From: Candidatus Poribacteria bacterium
GTDB taxonomy: Bacteria; Poribacteria; WGA-4E; PCPOR2b
Assembly: GCA_965116925.1 (NCBI GenBank)
Contig: OZ220744.1
Coordinates: 4,384,001 to 4,448,000, forward strand
Reading direction: 5' to 3'
DNA length: 64,000 nucleotides
The translations under genes were made by a program, and so were the position numbers. This document shows positions 1 through 8,987 of the stretch, one piece after another. How positions within the stretch are numbered: position 1 is the stretch's first letter; each line of letters starts with the position of its first letter. The notes under the pieces are model-generated. The model ran no database searches. It saw only the letters and a program-made list of their open reading frames with translations, and was not told where the DNA came from.

Positions 1-386
1 GTTGGGATAACGCCTCGACTCATGCGGGCGGCGGAAACGAGGTTCAGATCGATGATTTCGTGCCACTCCTCATCGGAAATCTCAGGGGTCGGGGTCCACT
101 TGCTCCCGCCGACATTGTTAATCAGCACATCAACCCGTCCGTATTGTTCTAGTGTCGCTGCTACAAATGCGTCGGCGTCCTCGCCTTTTGTGACATCGGC
201 AAGCTTGGCAAATACCTCCGCTCCAAGTGCCTGAACCTCGTCGGCAGCTGCGTTGAGTGTCTCCTGTGTTCTGCCACAGATGCTCAATTTCGCGCCTTCC
301 GCTGCGAAACCGAGCGTGATCGCTTTCCCGATGCCTCGACTGGCACCGGTGACAATGACAACTTTATCTTTAAGGTTTAAATCCAC
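1..386 (-). CDS. SDR family NAD(P)-dependent oxidoreductase (3' part outside window)
   Basis: Hand translation from GTG at 386 (RBS AGGAG upstream): MDLNLKDKVVIVTGASRGIG...DVLINNVG, with the TGxxxGIG and NNxG SDR motifs. Absent from the ORF track because it runs off the edge. Confidence 0.9.
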   Translation of the reverse strand, partial: MDLNLKDKVVIVTGASRGIGKAITLGFAAEGAKLSICGRTQETLNAAADEVQALGAEVFAKLADVTKGEDADAFVAATLEQYGRVDVLINNVGGSKWTPTPEISDEEWHEIIDLNLVSAARMSRGVIP

Positions 387-400
387 TTCGTTTTCTCCTA

Positions 401-1915
401 TTACGATATAAGCGAAATCAATTTAGGAATTACATTCCGAATGATTGTCAACGTTCCGAAGATTGAGTAGAACCCTGCACAGGCAATGAGTCCAATCTGC
501 CGCCAAATCGAGGGTTGAATCTCTTTCGGTAGGAATTTTCGATTCACGTAGAGGGTGTGCAGCGCGGTAATCACGAGCAAGTACCCGCCGATTGTCGCAG
601 AGACCAAGATCATAAAAAACGGCTTTGCCAGATAGAGTGCGACAACACCCCAGAGGATATAGATGACAAGAATTGGATAATAGATCCATTTCGCATTATG
701 CTCTTCCATTTTCCGCGCACTTGCAAATCCGGTCCAAATAATGTCTGTGTAACGACGTGGGACTCCGTCCACACCGCCCAACTGGGTTGAAAAGAGCACC
801 CAGAATCCACACAGCAGCGTGAGATACCAGAAGATTCGTCCGCCTTTTGCGGCAAGCCCATCTGCCTGAAACGCTGCTGCTGACCATTGATCGATCTCCT
901 GTCCTGCGGGAACGAATTCAATTGTCAACATGGCGGGCAGTGCCAGACCAAAGAAACATCCGATGACCCAGATGTAATACTGCTCGAAGCGGTTATATTT
1001 CCACCATTCGCGAAAGCGTTCCAAATTTTCAGGGGTTATCCGAAAGACTTTGCCGATATGCGTCAGCGTCACCTGCTGTCCACCAATCAGAGAGGGGATT
1101 GCACCGACGAGGCTGCTCATACCCCACCCCTTGTCGCGGACATAGTTGCTGATACCGACGTTGCCTAGCCCACCGCTTCCCGCGTAGGCAGCAAACGCAC
1201 CGAGTAACAGCCAATCAATATTACCGCCCTCTGCTGATGGCAACGCCCCAAAACTAAAAAATCCTTTGATCACGGTCCACCACACCTTGGGGGGCACCAT
1301 AAACAGATCGATCAGGAGCAGGTAGCCGATAATCCAGATGACCATTGCTAGTTGGACTTTTTCAAGGGCGTTGTATATTTTTTTGCCAAATAGGACGATT
1401 CCCAAACATAGAAAGAACGCCAGATACGCAAAGAGTCGTACTGTACCTTGATCCGCCTCCCCCGGCATATATCCCAACCATGCCGCTGCGATAGCTGTGG
1501 CAGCGGTCGCTGCCCAGCCGGGCCAGATGCCGAAGAAGTCTATACCTGAATAGAAAAATGCCCAGAACCGTGAGCCCGGTTTGCAGCGCATATAACCGCT
1601 GAACATCGGTTCTCCTGTATAAATCGTGTAGCGTATTGACTCTGTGTTGATGAAAGATTGGAGTAGGATGGCGATTGTCGCTATCCATAGGAGTCGTCCA
1701 CCGTACTGTGCGGTGATTGCCGGCCCGAGTAGCCATTCGCCGCTGCCAATTGAGCCGCCTAGTGCGATAATCCCCGGGCCCAAAACGGTGCGAAACGCGC
1801 GACTGAAGCGGTAGGGTGGCGGAGCGGGTAGGTCTGCAACCTCCCAATCGGGCAAACAACCGCCATCGACCTTCTCCGATGAAGAATCACTGACATTTGT
1901 GTTGGACTGTTCCAT
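401..1915 (-). CDS. Nramp/YcsG-like (APC-fold) multi-pass membrane transporter
   Basis: LGPGIIALGGSIGSGEW motif and about 11 hydrophobic segments. ATG at 1915 with an AAGGAG RBS is preferred over the GTG at 1960. Confidence 0.75.
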   Translation of the reverse strand: MEQSNTNVSDSSSEKVDGGCLPDWEVADLPAPPPYRFSRAFRTVLGPGIIALGGSIGSGEWLLGPAITAQYGGRLLWIATIAILLQSFINTESIRYTIYTGEPMFSGYMRCKPGSRFWAFFYSGIDFFGIWPGWAATAATAIAAAWLGYMPGEADQGTVRLFAYLAFFLCLGIVLFGKKIYNALEKVQLAMVIWIIGYLLLIDLFMVPPKVWWTVIKGFFSFGALPSAEGGNIDWLLLGAFAAYAGSGGLGNVGISNYVRDKGWGMSSLVGAIPSLIGGQQVTLTHIGKVFRITPENLERFREWWKYNRFEQYYIWVIGCFFGLALPAMLTIEFVPAGQEIDQWSAAAFQADGLAAKGGRIFWYLTLLCGFWVLFSTQLGGVDGVPRRYTDIIWTGFASARKMEEHNAKWIYYPILVIYILWGVVALYLAKPFFMILVSATIGGYLLVITALHTLYVNRKFLPKEIQPSIWRQIGLIACAGFYSIFGTLTIIRNVIPKLISLIS

Positions 1916-1938
1916 ATTCGCTCCTTTTTTGATTTTAG

Positions 1939-2101
1939 TAGGACTTACGCAGTTGAACACTCAGATACCTGTAGTTCGGCGATTTATCGCCGCAAGACAC
2001 TATCTCCAACGCCCGATGAATCGGGCAACTACAACAGAGATTCCATAAGGGATTCGTAGGGAACGCAGATCTGCGTTCCCTACTGAAGTGCGTAACTCCT
2101 A
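1939..2101. mobile_element. MITE-like element with 13-bp terminal inverted repeats enclosing three GTAG-type REP hairpins
   Basis: TAGGACTTACGCA (1939-1951) and TGCGTAACTCCTA (2089-2101), 12/13 match. Internal hairpins at 1971-1992, 2011-2032 and 2056-2083. Confidence 0.75.
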
Positions 2102-2241
2102 TTTAGTACCTAAGATTCTATCCTACGTTTTCAGACGTTTAGTTGGATAAGAATTTGACCTATTTTAGCAGAAGTCGATCCCAATGTCACGTGGAAAATT
2201 GGTGGTTTAGAGGTATGCAAATATACAAATGACAAACGAGA

Positions 2242-2288
2242 TTGACGTACCCCCAAACCTAAAGGATTGGGATTTAGACCTAAAAGGG
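2242..2288 (-). mobile_element. Minimal IS200/IS605-derived element (left-end motif fused to right-end hairpin)
   Basis: Reverse complement CCCTTTTAGGTCTAAA-TCCCAATCCTTTAGGTTTGGGGGTACGTCAA matches both ends of the element at 24964-25305. Confidence 0.65.
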
Positions 2289-2332
2289 TTTTTCGTTAAA
2301 GACTAGCAGCCCTGCTCTATTCTACCGAAATA

Positions 2333-3430
2333 TTATTCATCCCAAGAAGATGTTTCGGGCGGTTGGAGTTCCAAGATTTCGAGGACGCGGCGGATTGGAA
2401 TGCCATATCTAACGTTGCCGTCACGGCCGACAACCGTGTGTGCTTTGAGCAGCGAGTTGATGATCGATTCTTCGGTCGCTTCAATGACGGCGCGAAACAG
2501 AAGGCTTAACGCGCCCTCGTCGTGAAATGCTGGGGACGAAACCCCGATACGGTTGGTTGTTGAGAAGGCGATGACAAAATCACCGCTGCCGTGCGATGCG
2601 ATTGCCCCGGTTCGTGCGAGCCCAAACGTCGCCCGCCTGGCTACGCGGGTGAGTTGTCGGTGGGAAACCGGCGCATCCGTCGCAACGATGATCATGATCG
2701 ACCCCGGTCGCTCCTCTGAGATATCCTCTGGTGTTAAGTGCTCCCCAATCGGAAAGCCGTCTATCCTCAAATCAGAGGCACCTCCGGTATTAGTCAAGAC
2801 CAAAACACCAGTCGTATACGGAGTTCCGTCCACTTGAACCACACGCGAAGCGGTTCCAATTCCAGCTTTCCAGCCGAAACCGCTCATACCTACGCCGGCA
2901 CCAACGACGCCTTCCTCGACATTCGTGTGAGACGCAGTCTCCAACGCCTCAAAGACATGCTCCCGCTGGACATGACGCCCTAGAATATCGTTGAGAAAAC
3001 TGTCGTTACATTCACCGACGATTGGATTAAATGAATAGACGCCCGGATTCTGGGCTGAGACATAATCCACAAGCGCGTCGGCAGCAGTCCAGACGTTGAG
3101 TGTACCTGTTAGGAGAATAGGGGTTTCGATATTTCCGAGTTCAAGCAGTTGCGGCAAGCCGATTGATTTACCGAAGGCGTTGATGATATGCGCTGTCCCT
3201 GTCACTTTTTCAGAAAAAATATTGCCATCGTGCGGCAAGATAGCTGTCACGCCTGTGCGGATGGGACCGTTGCCGGGGGAGAGCGGTCCTTCTCCCGATA
3301 CGCGTGTGACATGCCCTACTTTGACACCGGGAACGTCGATCATTCCGTTGAGTTCGCCGGTCGGTAGAACCCCAATTTGGATGCCAATTTCGCGGGTACG
3401 AGGTCGATTTGGTTTAATAGGTGTTTGCAT
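2333..3430 (-). CDS. DmpA/peptidase family P1 (S58) aminopeptidase
   Basis: DVPGVKVGH, TGVTAILP, VGAGVGM, GGASD/GSIMIIVATDAP and SHGSGDFVIAFST motifs. Confidence 0.9.
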   Translation of the reverse strand: MQTPIKPNRPRTREIGIQIGVLPTGELNGMIDVPGVKVGHVTRVSGEGPLSPGNGPIRTGVTAILPHDGNIFSEKVTGTAHIINAFGKSIGLPQLLELGNIETPILLTGTLNVWTAADALVDYVSAQNPGVYSFNPIVGECNDSFLNDILGRHVQREHVFEALETASHTNVEEGVVGAGVGMSGFGWKAGIGTASRVVQVDGTPYTTGVLVLTNTGGASDLRIDGFPIGEHLTPEDISEERPGSIMIIVATDAPVSHRQLTRVARRATFGLARTGAIASHGSGDFVIAFSTTNRIGVSSPAFHDEGALSLLFRAVIEATEESIINSLLKAHTVVGRDGNVRYGIPIRRVLEILELQPPETSSWDE

Positions 3431-3462
3431 AGGAAGGTCCGCCTTTTGAGGGTAGATATAAG

Positions 3463-3508
3463 AACGTAAAACGTGATACGTAAAAAAATTGGTTCATTAG
3501 TTCATTGG
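3463..3508 (+). repeat. Composite short tandem repeat (CGTRAAA/CGTGATR)n + (GTTCATTR)n
   Basis: AACGTAAAACGTGATACGTAAAAAAATTGGTTCATTAGTTCATTGG; recurs near 10245, 15243, 20194 and 49937 (reverse). Confidence 0.7.
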
Positions 3509-3655
3509 TGCCTGACTTGTGGGATATATAGAAAAAGAATGTGTAAAATGCGGTCGCTGTGGCACAATTTCTTAACATAAACCAATTTGATATACATTAT
3601 ATCAGAACACGCCAAAACATCAAGTGCGTTTGCAGATTTCCACTTGACATCAACG

Positions 3656-3939
3656 CTGTATGCGTAATAGAATAGCTCAAGTGTTGGGTTTCACTCTCGC
3701 TATCTATCGGAAGTCGTGTTGAGAGGCAGAAACTCGACTGTCCTTGATAGCGAGGTGCTTTCAACCGTTCAACCCAACCTACGATATGATACTGTATGCG
3801 TAATAGAATAGCTCAAGTGTTGGGTTTCACTCTCGCTATCTATCGGAAGTCGTGTTGAGAGGCAGAAACTCGGCTGTCCTTGATAGTGAGGTGCTTTCAA
3901 CCGTTCAACCCAACCTACGATATGATACTGTATGCGTAA
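3656..3939. repeat. 136-bp direct tandem repeat (2 copies plus 12 bp), each unit an expanded GTAG-type REP hairpin
   Basis: Units start at 3656, 3792 and 3928; the two full copies differ at about 2 positions. Each has a GTTGGGTT/AACCCAAC outer stem and a CTCGCTATC/GATAGCGAG inner stem. Confidence 0.9.
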
Positions 3940-3972
3940 GGGATATTCAGAATTGAATCAAGGAGCCCAAAC

Positions 3973-5028
3973 ATGACGAAACGATACAGTGCCTGCCTCA
4001 TCGGCTGCGGCCGGATGGGGGCGACAATCGATGACGAGGTTCGAGACCATCCCCAAAGTTTTCGATGGATTCCGTACTCGCACGCCGCCGGACATATTGC
4101 TTCAGCACACACGGATTTGATTGCTGTTTCGGATGTCCTGCCGGAAAAGGTGAAAACGATCCAAGAGCGGTACAACGTTCCAGAGGGCTACACCGACTAT
4201 CGTGAGATGATTCGGAAGGAGAAGCCGGATATTGTGAGTATCGCCACCCGTCCGGCGACACATGCCGAAATCACGGTTTTTGCGGCGGAAAATGGGGTCA
4301 AAGGCATCTACTGCGAGAAACCGCTCTGCTGCTCAATGGAAGAAGCAGACGCGATGTTAGAGGCGTGCGAAAAGCACGATGTCAAATTCAATTACGGTAC
4401 GCAACGCCGCTATATGCCCCTCTTTCAAAAAATGCGAGAACTGATAGATCAGGGAGAGTTGGGTGATATTCAAGCTGTGATTGGTCATGCCGGTGTCGGT
4501 GCGGCGCAGTGGGGACACACACATACCTCTGATATGCTGCTCTATCTGGCAAGCGATTCTGAAATCGAGTATGTGCAGGGCGACGTGAATGTAGATTTAG
4601 CGGATTTTGTCGGGAATCGTGTGGACGACGATCCGGGGATTCCGATGGGATATGTAACGTTCAAGAACGGTGTCCGCGGCTATCTGCTAGCGAGTGGCGG
4701 TTTTGAGTTTGAGGTAAGTGGTTCAAAGGGTAAGCTCCGCACGTTTAACGACAGCGTGGCGTGTCAATGGCGCAAGATACAGGAGGAGTGGAACATCCTC
4801 GAAGAGGTCCCATTCCCTGAACCGCCGCGTAAGAGCGGAACTGTTGGGGCAATCGACGATATAGTTGCTGCGATTGAGGAGGGACGCGAAACGACGGGCA
4901 ATATTCAAATCGCTTGCCGCAGTCAGGAGATGATTCTCGGTTTCGTTGAATCGCAACGGCATGGCGGCGCGAAGGTATCGCTGCCGTTGACGGATCGTGG
5001 GCTTTACGTTGGTAGACAGAATTGGTAG
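3973..5028 (+). CDS. Gfo/Idh/MocA family oxidoreductase
   Basis: IGCGRMG Rossmann motif, CEKP motif, AAGGAG RBS. Confidence 0.9.
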   Translation: MTKRYSACLIGCGRMGATIDDEVRDHPQSFRWIPYSHAAGHIASAHTDLIAVSDVLPEKVKTIQERYNVPEGYTDYREMIRKEKPDIVSIATRPATHAEITVFAAENGVKGIYCEKPLCCSMEEADAMLEACEKHDVKFNYGTQRRYMPLFQKMRELIDQGELGDIQAVIGHAGVGAAQWGHTHTSDMLLYLASDSEIEYVQGDVNVDLADFVGNRVDDDPGIPMGYVTFKNGVRGYLLASGGFEFEVSGSKGKLRTFNDSVACQWRKIQEEWNILEEVPFPEPPRKSGTVGAIDDIVAAIEEGRETTGNIQIACRSQEMILGFVESQRHGGAKVSLPLTDRGLYVGRQNW

Positions 5029-5041
5029 AAAGGGGCCTTAA

Positions 5042-6172
5042 ATGAAAATTACACAGATCGATGTTTGGACGGTTGTTGTTCCAGTATACCCCGAAGCGGT
5101 GCACAGCGAGGAATACGGCGGTTATCCCGATTGGGCAAGGGTGCCCAAGCAGATTATTCGGATGCATACTGACGAAGGTATCACTGGAATCGGTGAAACT
5201 GGGAGAGGGCAATCCACACAAGCGGTAGCTCAAGCGGCTGAACAGTTGAAGGGCAGGGATGTGATGCAGATGTGTTTGCAGAACGTCTTTCGCACAGATC
5301 CACTCAAGCCAAATCCTGAATCGCCAGAGGATTGGGAGATTGACCCCGGTCCCTATCCCACCGGATACGAGGCGTTTGAAATGGCGGTTTTTGACCTCAT
5401 TGGCAAACGGCTTGATGTGCCTGTTCATACCCTTCTGGGTGGTGCCTGTCGGGATAAGGTGCGAGCGGATTTTTGGATCGGGCATCAGACGCCGGAGCAT
5501 ACGGGACGCAGTACAGAAATTGCCATTGAGCGAGGGTTCACTGGACTGAAAACAAAATGCCGAATCCAAGAGCCGATGGCGGAACGGATACGAGCGGTCT
5601 GGGAGGTTGGCGGATCGGACTTCAAAATGACGGTCGATCCGAATGAGCGTTTTTATACCGTCGAGCAGACGCTTGAGCTTGCCGACCAGATAAAGGAACT
5701 TGAAAATGTCGAGGTGTTTGAGGATCCTATCCCGAAGAAGGGCTTGCGGGACGATGTGCTAGCGCAGTATCGCTATATGCGCGGGGAATTACCGTTCCCG
5801 TTAGCACTCCATCTCGGCGGTGCGTCGGATGTGATTAAAGCGATTCGTGCGGACGCAGTAGATTATCTCAACCTCGGTGGCTCGATGGTCAACTTTGTCA
5901 AAGCGGCTGCGATTGCACAGGCAGCAGGCATCCCTGTGTGGCACGGATCCGGGAACGATCTTGGGATTATGGAGCGGTCTTATCTTCACGCCGCCGCTGT
6001 CGCGCCAAACTGTGTCCTCGCCAGTGATTTCGTCGGGAGCTGGACCCGCATTGATGATCTGATTACGGAAGGGTTTACCTTTGAGAAGGGGTATACGCCC
6101 GTGCCGCAATCGCCCGGGTTGGGCTGTGAATTGGATCTAGATGCGTTGGAGAAGTATCGGGTGGATAAGTAG
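5042..6172 (+). CDS. Mandelate racemase/muconate lactonizing enzyme family protein (non-canonical active site)
   Basis: TDEGITGIGE, EMAVFDLIGK..VPVHTLLGG, KTK, DPN, EDP and PGLG motifs. Confidence 0.9.
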   Translation: MKITQIDVWTVVVPVYPEAVHSEEYGGYPDWARVPKQIIRMHTDEGITGIGETGRGQSTQAVAQAAEQLKGRDVMQMCLQNVFRTDPLKPNPESPEDWEIDPGPYPTGYEAFEMAVFDLIGKRLDVPVHTLLGGACRDKVRADFWIGHQTPEHTGRSTEIAIERGFTGLKTKCRIQEPMAERIRAVWEVGGSDFKMTVDPNERFYTVEQTLELADQIKELENVEVFEDPIPKKGLRDDVLAQYRYMRGELPFPLALHLGGASDVIKAIRADAVDYLNLGGSMVNFVKAAAIAQAAGIPVWHGSGNDLGIMERSYLHAAAVAPNCVLASDFVGSWTRIDDLITEGFTFEKGYTPVPQSPGLGCELDLDALEKYRVDK

Positions 6173-6200
6173 AAACGACAACGGAATGGAGGTCAACAAA

Positions 6201-6395
6201 ATGCCAGTTATCAAACTTCCCGAAGCAGATTGGGGAGAAGCGTGGCGATTACTGATTCAGGAGGGTGGAACAACACGAATTTCTAAAGACCACGTTTATA
6301 TCGTTTCGGGGCGTCAAATCGGATTATTGCAAGACAAACAGCTACCTTTTGAGGTGCTTGATGAGTCAGACCGTCATTCCGTAAGCGATCTATAA
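6201..6395 (+). CDS. Small hypothetical protein (64 aa)
   Basis: GGAGG RBS 8 nt before the ATG at 6201; lies inside a same-strand gene run. Confidence 0.6.
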   Translation: MPVIKLPEADWGEAWRLLIQEGGTTRISKDHVYIVSGRQIGLLQDKQLPFEVLDESDRHSVSDL

Positions 6396-6473
6396 GAGAC
6401 TTAGATTACAAGTGTTGAAGTAACCGTTTTTTAAGAAAGTATGGGTGTGCCAAACTGTGCATGGAGGCATAAT

Positions 6474-7328
6474 ATGTTCAAAAATCTGAGCCCGGGTGCT
6501 ATTGGCATTCAGGCGAATATTGAAGAAGGGCTGGCATTGGCAAAATCGACGGGCTTTGAGGGGCTAGACTTGAATATCAGTGAAGCGAATGCGCTAGCAA
6601 GTGAGCAGTCTGTTGATTATGTCAAAAATCTTTGGGTGGAGGCGGGCTTGAAGATGGGCGGTTGGGGATTGGCGGTCAACTATCGTGGGAGCGACCCGGA
6701 GTTCGACGAAAGCCTATCGCAGTTGCCCGACCTAGCGAAACTCGCCGCAGATCTCGGTTGCCATCGCACAACAACCGTTGTGTCACCGAGTTCAAATGAC
6801 CGCACCTTCCAAGAGAACTGGGATTTTCACATCAAGCGGCTGCGTCCGGTTGCGGAGATCCTAAAGGATTATGGACATTCGCTCGGTCTTGAGTTTATCG
6901 GTCCTGCAACGAGCCGTCAGTCAGCGAAACATCTGTTCACCTATACGATGGACGCTGTGCTCGGACTCGCCGCTGGAATTGGGACGGGCAACGTCGGACT
7001 GCTATTCGATATGTGGCACTGGTATACCTGCCGTTCCACGCTCGACGACGTCAGAAAACTCTCCAAAGCAGATGTGGTGTACGTTCACATCAACGATGCC
7101 CCTGCGGGAATTGACCCGGACGATCAGATTGACAGTGTGCGCTGCATCCCGGCTGAGACGGGTGTGATTCCGCTCGCCGAATTGATGCAGATTCTCAACG
7201 GTATTGGCTATGATGGTCCCGTGACGGTTGAGCCTTTTAGCGCGAAAATCAATGCGATGGAACCGCAGGAGGCTGCAAAAACCGCTGCGGAGTCGTTGGA
7301 TACCGTGTGGGCGCAAGCGGGTCTATAG
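6474..7328 (+). CDS. Sugar phosphate isomerase/epimerase (xylose isomerase-like TIM barrel)
   Basis: LGLEF, LLFDMWH, VHIND and GYDGPVTVE metal motifs; GGAGG RBS before the ATG at 6474. Confidence 0.88.
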   Translation: MFKNLSPGAIGIQANIEEGLALAKSTGFEGLDLNISEANALASEQSVDYVKNLWVEAGLKMGGWGLAVNYRGSDPEFDESLSQLPDLAKLAADLGCHRTTTVVSPSSNDRTFQENWDFHIKRLRPVAEILKDYGHSLGLEFIGPATSRQSAKHLFTYTMDAVLGLAAGIGTGNVGLLFDMWHWYTCRSTLDDVRKLSKADVVYVHINDAPAGIDPDDQIDSVRCIPAETGVIPLAELMQILNGIGYDGPVTVEPFSAKINAMEPQEAAKTAAESLDTVWAQAGL

Positions 7329-7349
7329 TAGAATACTGATTCAACAAAG

Positions 7350-7377
7350 GTAGGGAACGCAGATCTGCGCTCCCTAC
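7350..7377. repeat. 28-bp palindromic REP-like element
   Basis: GTAGGGAACGCAGATCTGCGCTCCCTAC, one mismatch from the perfect copy at 2056-2083. Confidence 0.85.
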
Positions 7378-7416
7378 GTGCATACCTCGAAGTCAAAGGA
7401 AGGATAATTAATAACT

Positions 7417-8226
7417 GTGCAACTTGTTAACAAGGAAAATATACTCGAAATTACGAGAGAATGGGAAGGGGAGCGGTTCCCTGACGGGAGACCCCGCGTG
7501 TCGGACGACATCGTTGAACGGATGAAAAAGGTGACGATCGAAGAGGCGTGGGGTGTACTTCAAGGGCACGGCTACCGTTTTCAGTTTGATGGGGATTGGA
7601 TGAACCTACATCCGGATCTCGTCTTGGTCGGAAGGGCGGTGACGTGTATGTTTGTTCCGCTGCGTCCAGACTTCCAAAACGTCGTTGCAGAACAGGGAGA
7701 GAAGGATAAGCGCATCGGCGGACAAAACTCGTGGGTGATTGATACGCTCCTCGAAAATGACACTATCGTTGTCGATCTATTCGGCAAGGTGAAGAATGGC
7801 ACTTTTGCGGGGGACAACCTCGGCAATGCGATTTTTGCGCGTAGCAGAACCGGTATGGTCATCGACGGAGGCATCCGTGACCTTGACGGCATTTATGCAC
7901 TCCCGGATTTTTCCACTTTTGTCCGTGGGGTGGATCCTAGTGCCATCGCTGATGTAACCTTGGCAGGAATCAATATTCCGGCTCGCATCGGTGAAACGAC
8001 AGTCCTACCGGGGGATATTGTGCTCGGAAGGCGTGAAGGGGTCATTTTTATTCCACCACACCTAGCACAGGAGGTCGTTGAACGCTCTGAGGACATCCGT
8101 ATGCGTGACCGTTTTGGGCACCAACGTTTGCAAGAGGGGAAATATACGCCCGGTGAAATTGATGGGGCATGGTCGGACGAAATCAATGCAGACTTTGCAG
8201 AGTGGGTAAAGACTCAGGAACTTTAG
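7417..8226 (+). CDS. RraA family protein (HMG/CHA aldolase-like)
   Basis: GRAVT, GMVIDGGIRD and VLPGDIVLG..EGVIFIP motifs. Confidence 0.88.
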   Translation: MQLVNKENILEITREWEGERFPDGRPRVSDDIVERMKKVTIEEAWGVLQGHGYRFQFDGDWMNLHPDLVLVGRAVTCMFVPLRPDFQNVVAEQGEKDKRIGGQNSWVIDTLLENDTIVVDLFGKVKNGTFAGDNLGNAIFARSRTGMVIDGGIRDLDGIYALPDFSTFVRGVDPSAIADVTLAGINIPARIGETTVLPGDIVLGRREGVIFIPPHLAQEVVERSEDIRMRDRFGHQRLQEGKYTPGEIDGAWSDEINADFAEWVKTQEL

Positions 8227-8242
8227 AGGAAGGGCACAAAAG

Positions 8243-8968
8243 GTGGTGCACCGAGATTATACCTGCTTCACAGAACGATTGACAGCCCTAAAATCGTCCC
8301 ACACGCGGATAGAAACCGTCGGTGTTGTGGACAACTATCCTATTCATCGCGTTTTGTTGGAGAGTGGTCTAGGTGTGCACAAAAACATCCTGATCACTGG
8401 TGGCATTCACGGTGATGAGCCCGCCGGGCCAGCATCGGTTCTGCGTTTCTTGGAGCGGGATAATACCCATCTATTGCAACGTTTCAAATTCCTGATTCTA
8501 CCGTGTATCAACCCTTACGGTTATGTGCATAACACGAGGGAAAACAAGCGGGGCGTAGATCTGAATCGCTTATTTGAAGAAACCGGTGTCGCTGAGGTAG
8601 ACCTCGTTAAAGAAACGATTGGAGGACAACGTTTCGATTTTTGTATTGACTTCCACGAAGATTGGGAAGCGAAGGGGGTATACTTCTACGAAGCCCAACG
8701 CAATGAGCGATGGATTGGGCCTGAAATAGCTCGCCAAATTGAAAAGATTGGTCCGATTGACGGAGAAGCGGGTGAAAACGATCTGCCGATTGCTGACGGT
8801 GTTTTTCGGGTAGATCCCGCTTGGGGCGATGCAGGACTGGTCTCTTACCTTTTCCACTTTCACGCAGACCATGTCATGATTTGTGAGACACCAACAAGCT
8901 GGTCCCTTGACCAACGGACAGCGGCTCATTTGAAAGCATTGGACACTGCACTCAATATTCTGAGTTAA
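8243..8968 (+). CDS. M14 family metallocarboxypeptidase
   Basis: GIHGDEPAG (HxxE), NPYG, DLNR, DFHE and ETP motifs. Confidence 0.88.
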   Translation: MVHRDYTCFTERLTALKSSHTRIETVGVVDNYPIHRVLLESGLGVHKNILITGGIHGDEPAGPASVLRFLERDNTHLLQRFKFLILPCINPYGYVHNTRENKRGVDLNRLFEETGVAEVDLVKETIGGQRFDFCIDFHEDWEAKGVYFYEAQRNERWIGPEIARQIEKIGPIDGEAGENDLPIADGVFRVDPAWGDAGLVSYLFHFHADHVMICETPTSWSLDQRTAAHLKALDTALNILS

Positions 8969-8987
8969 AGAATCAATAGGAGATTTA

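Noticed and set aside
3656..3939. CRISPR array
   Set aside because: The units are whole 136-bp duplicates with no unique spacers, and no cas genes are present.
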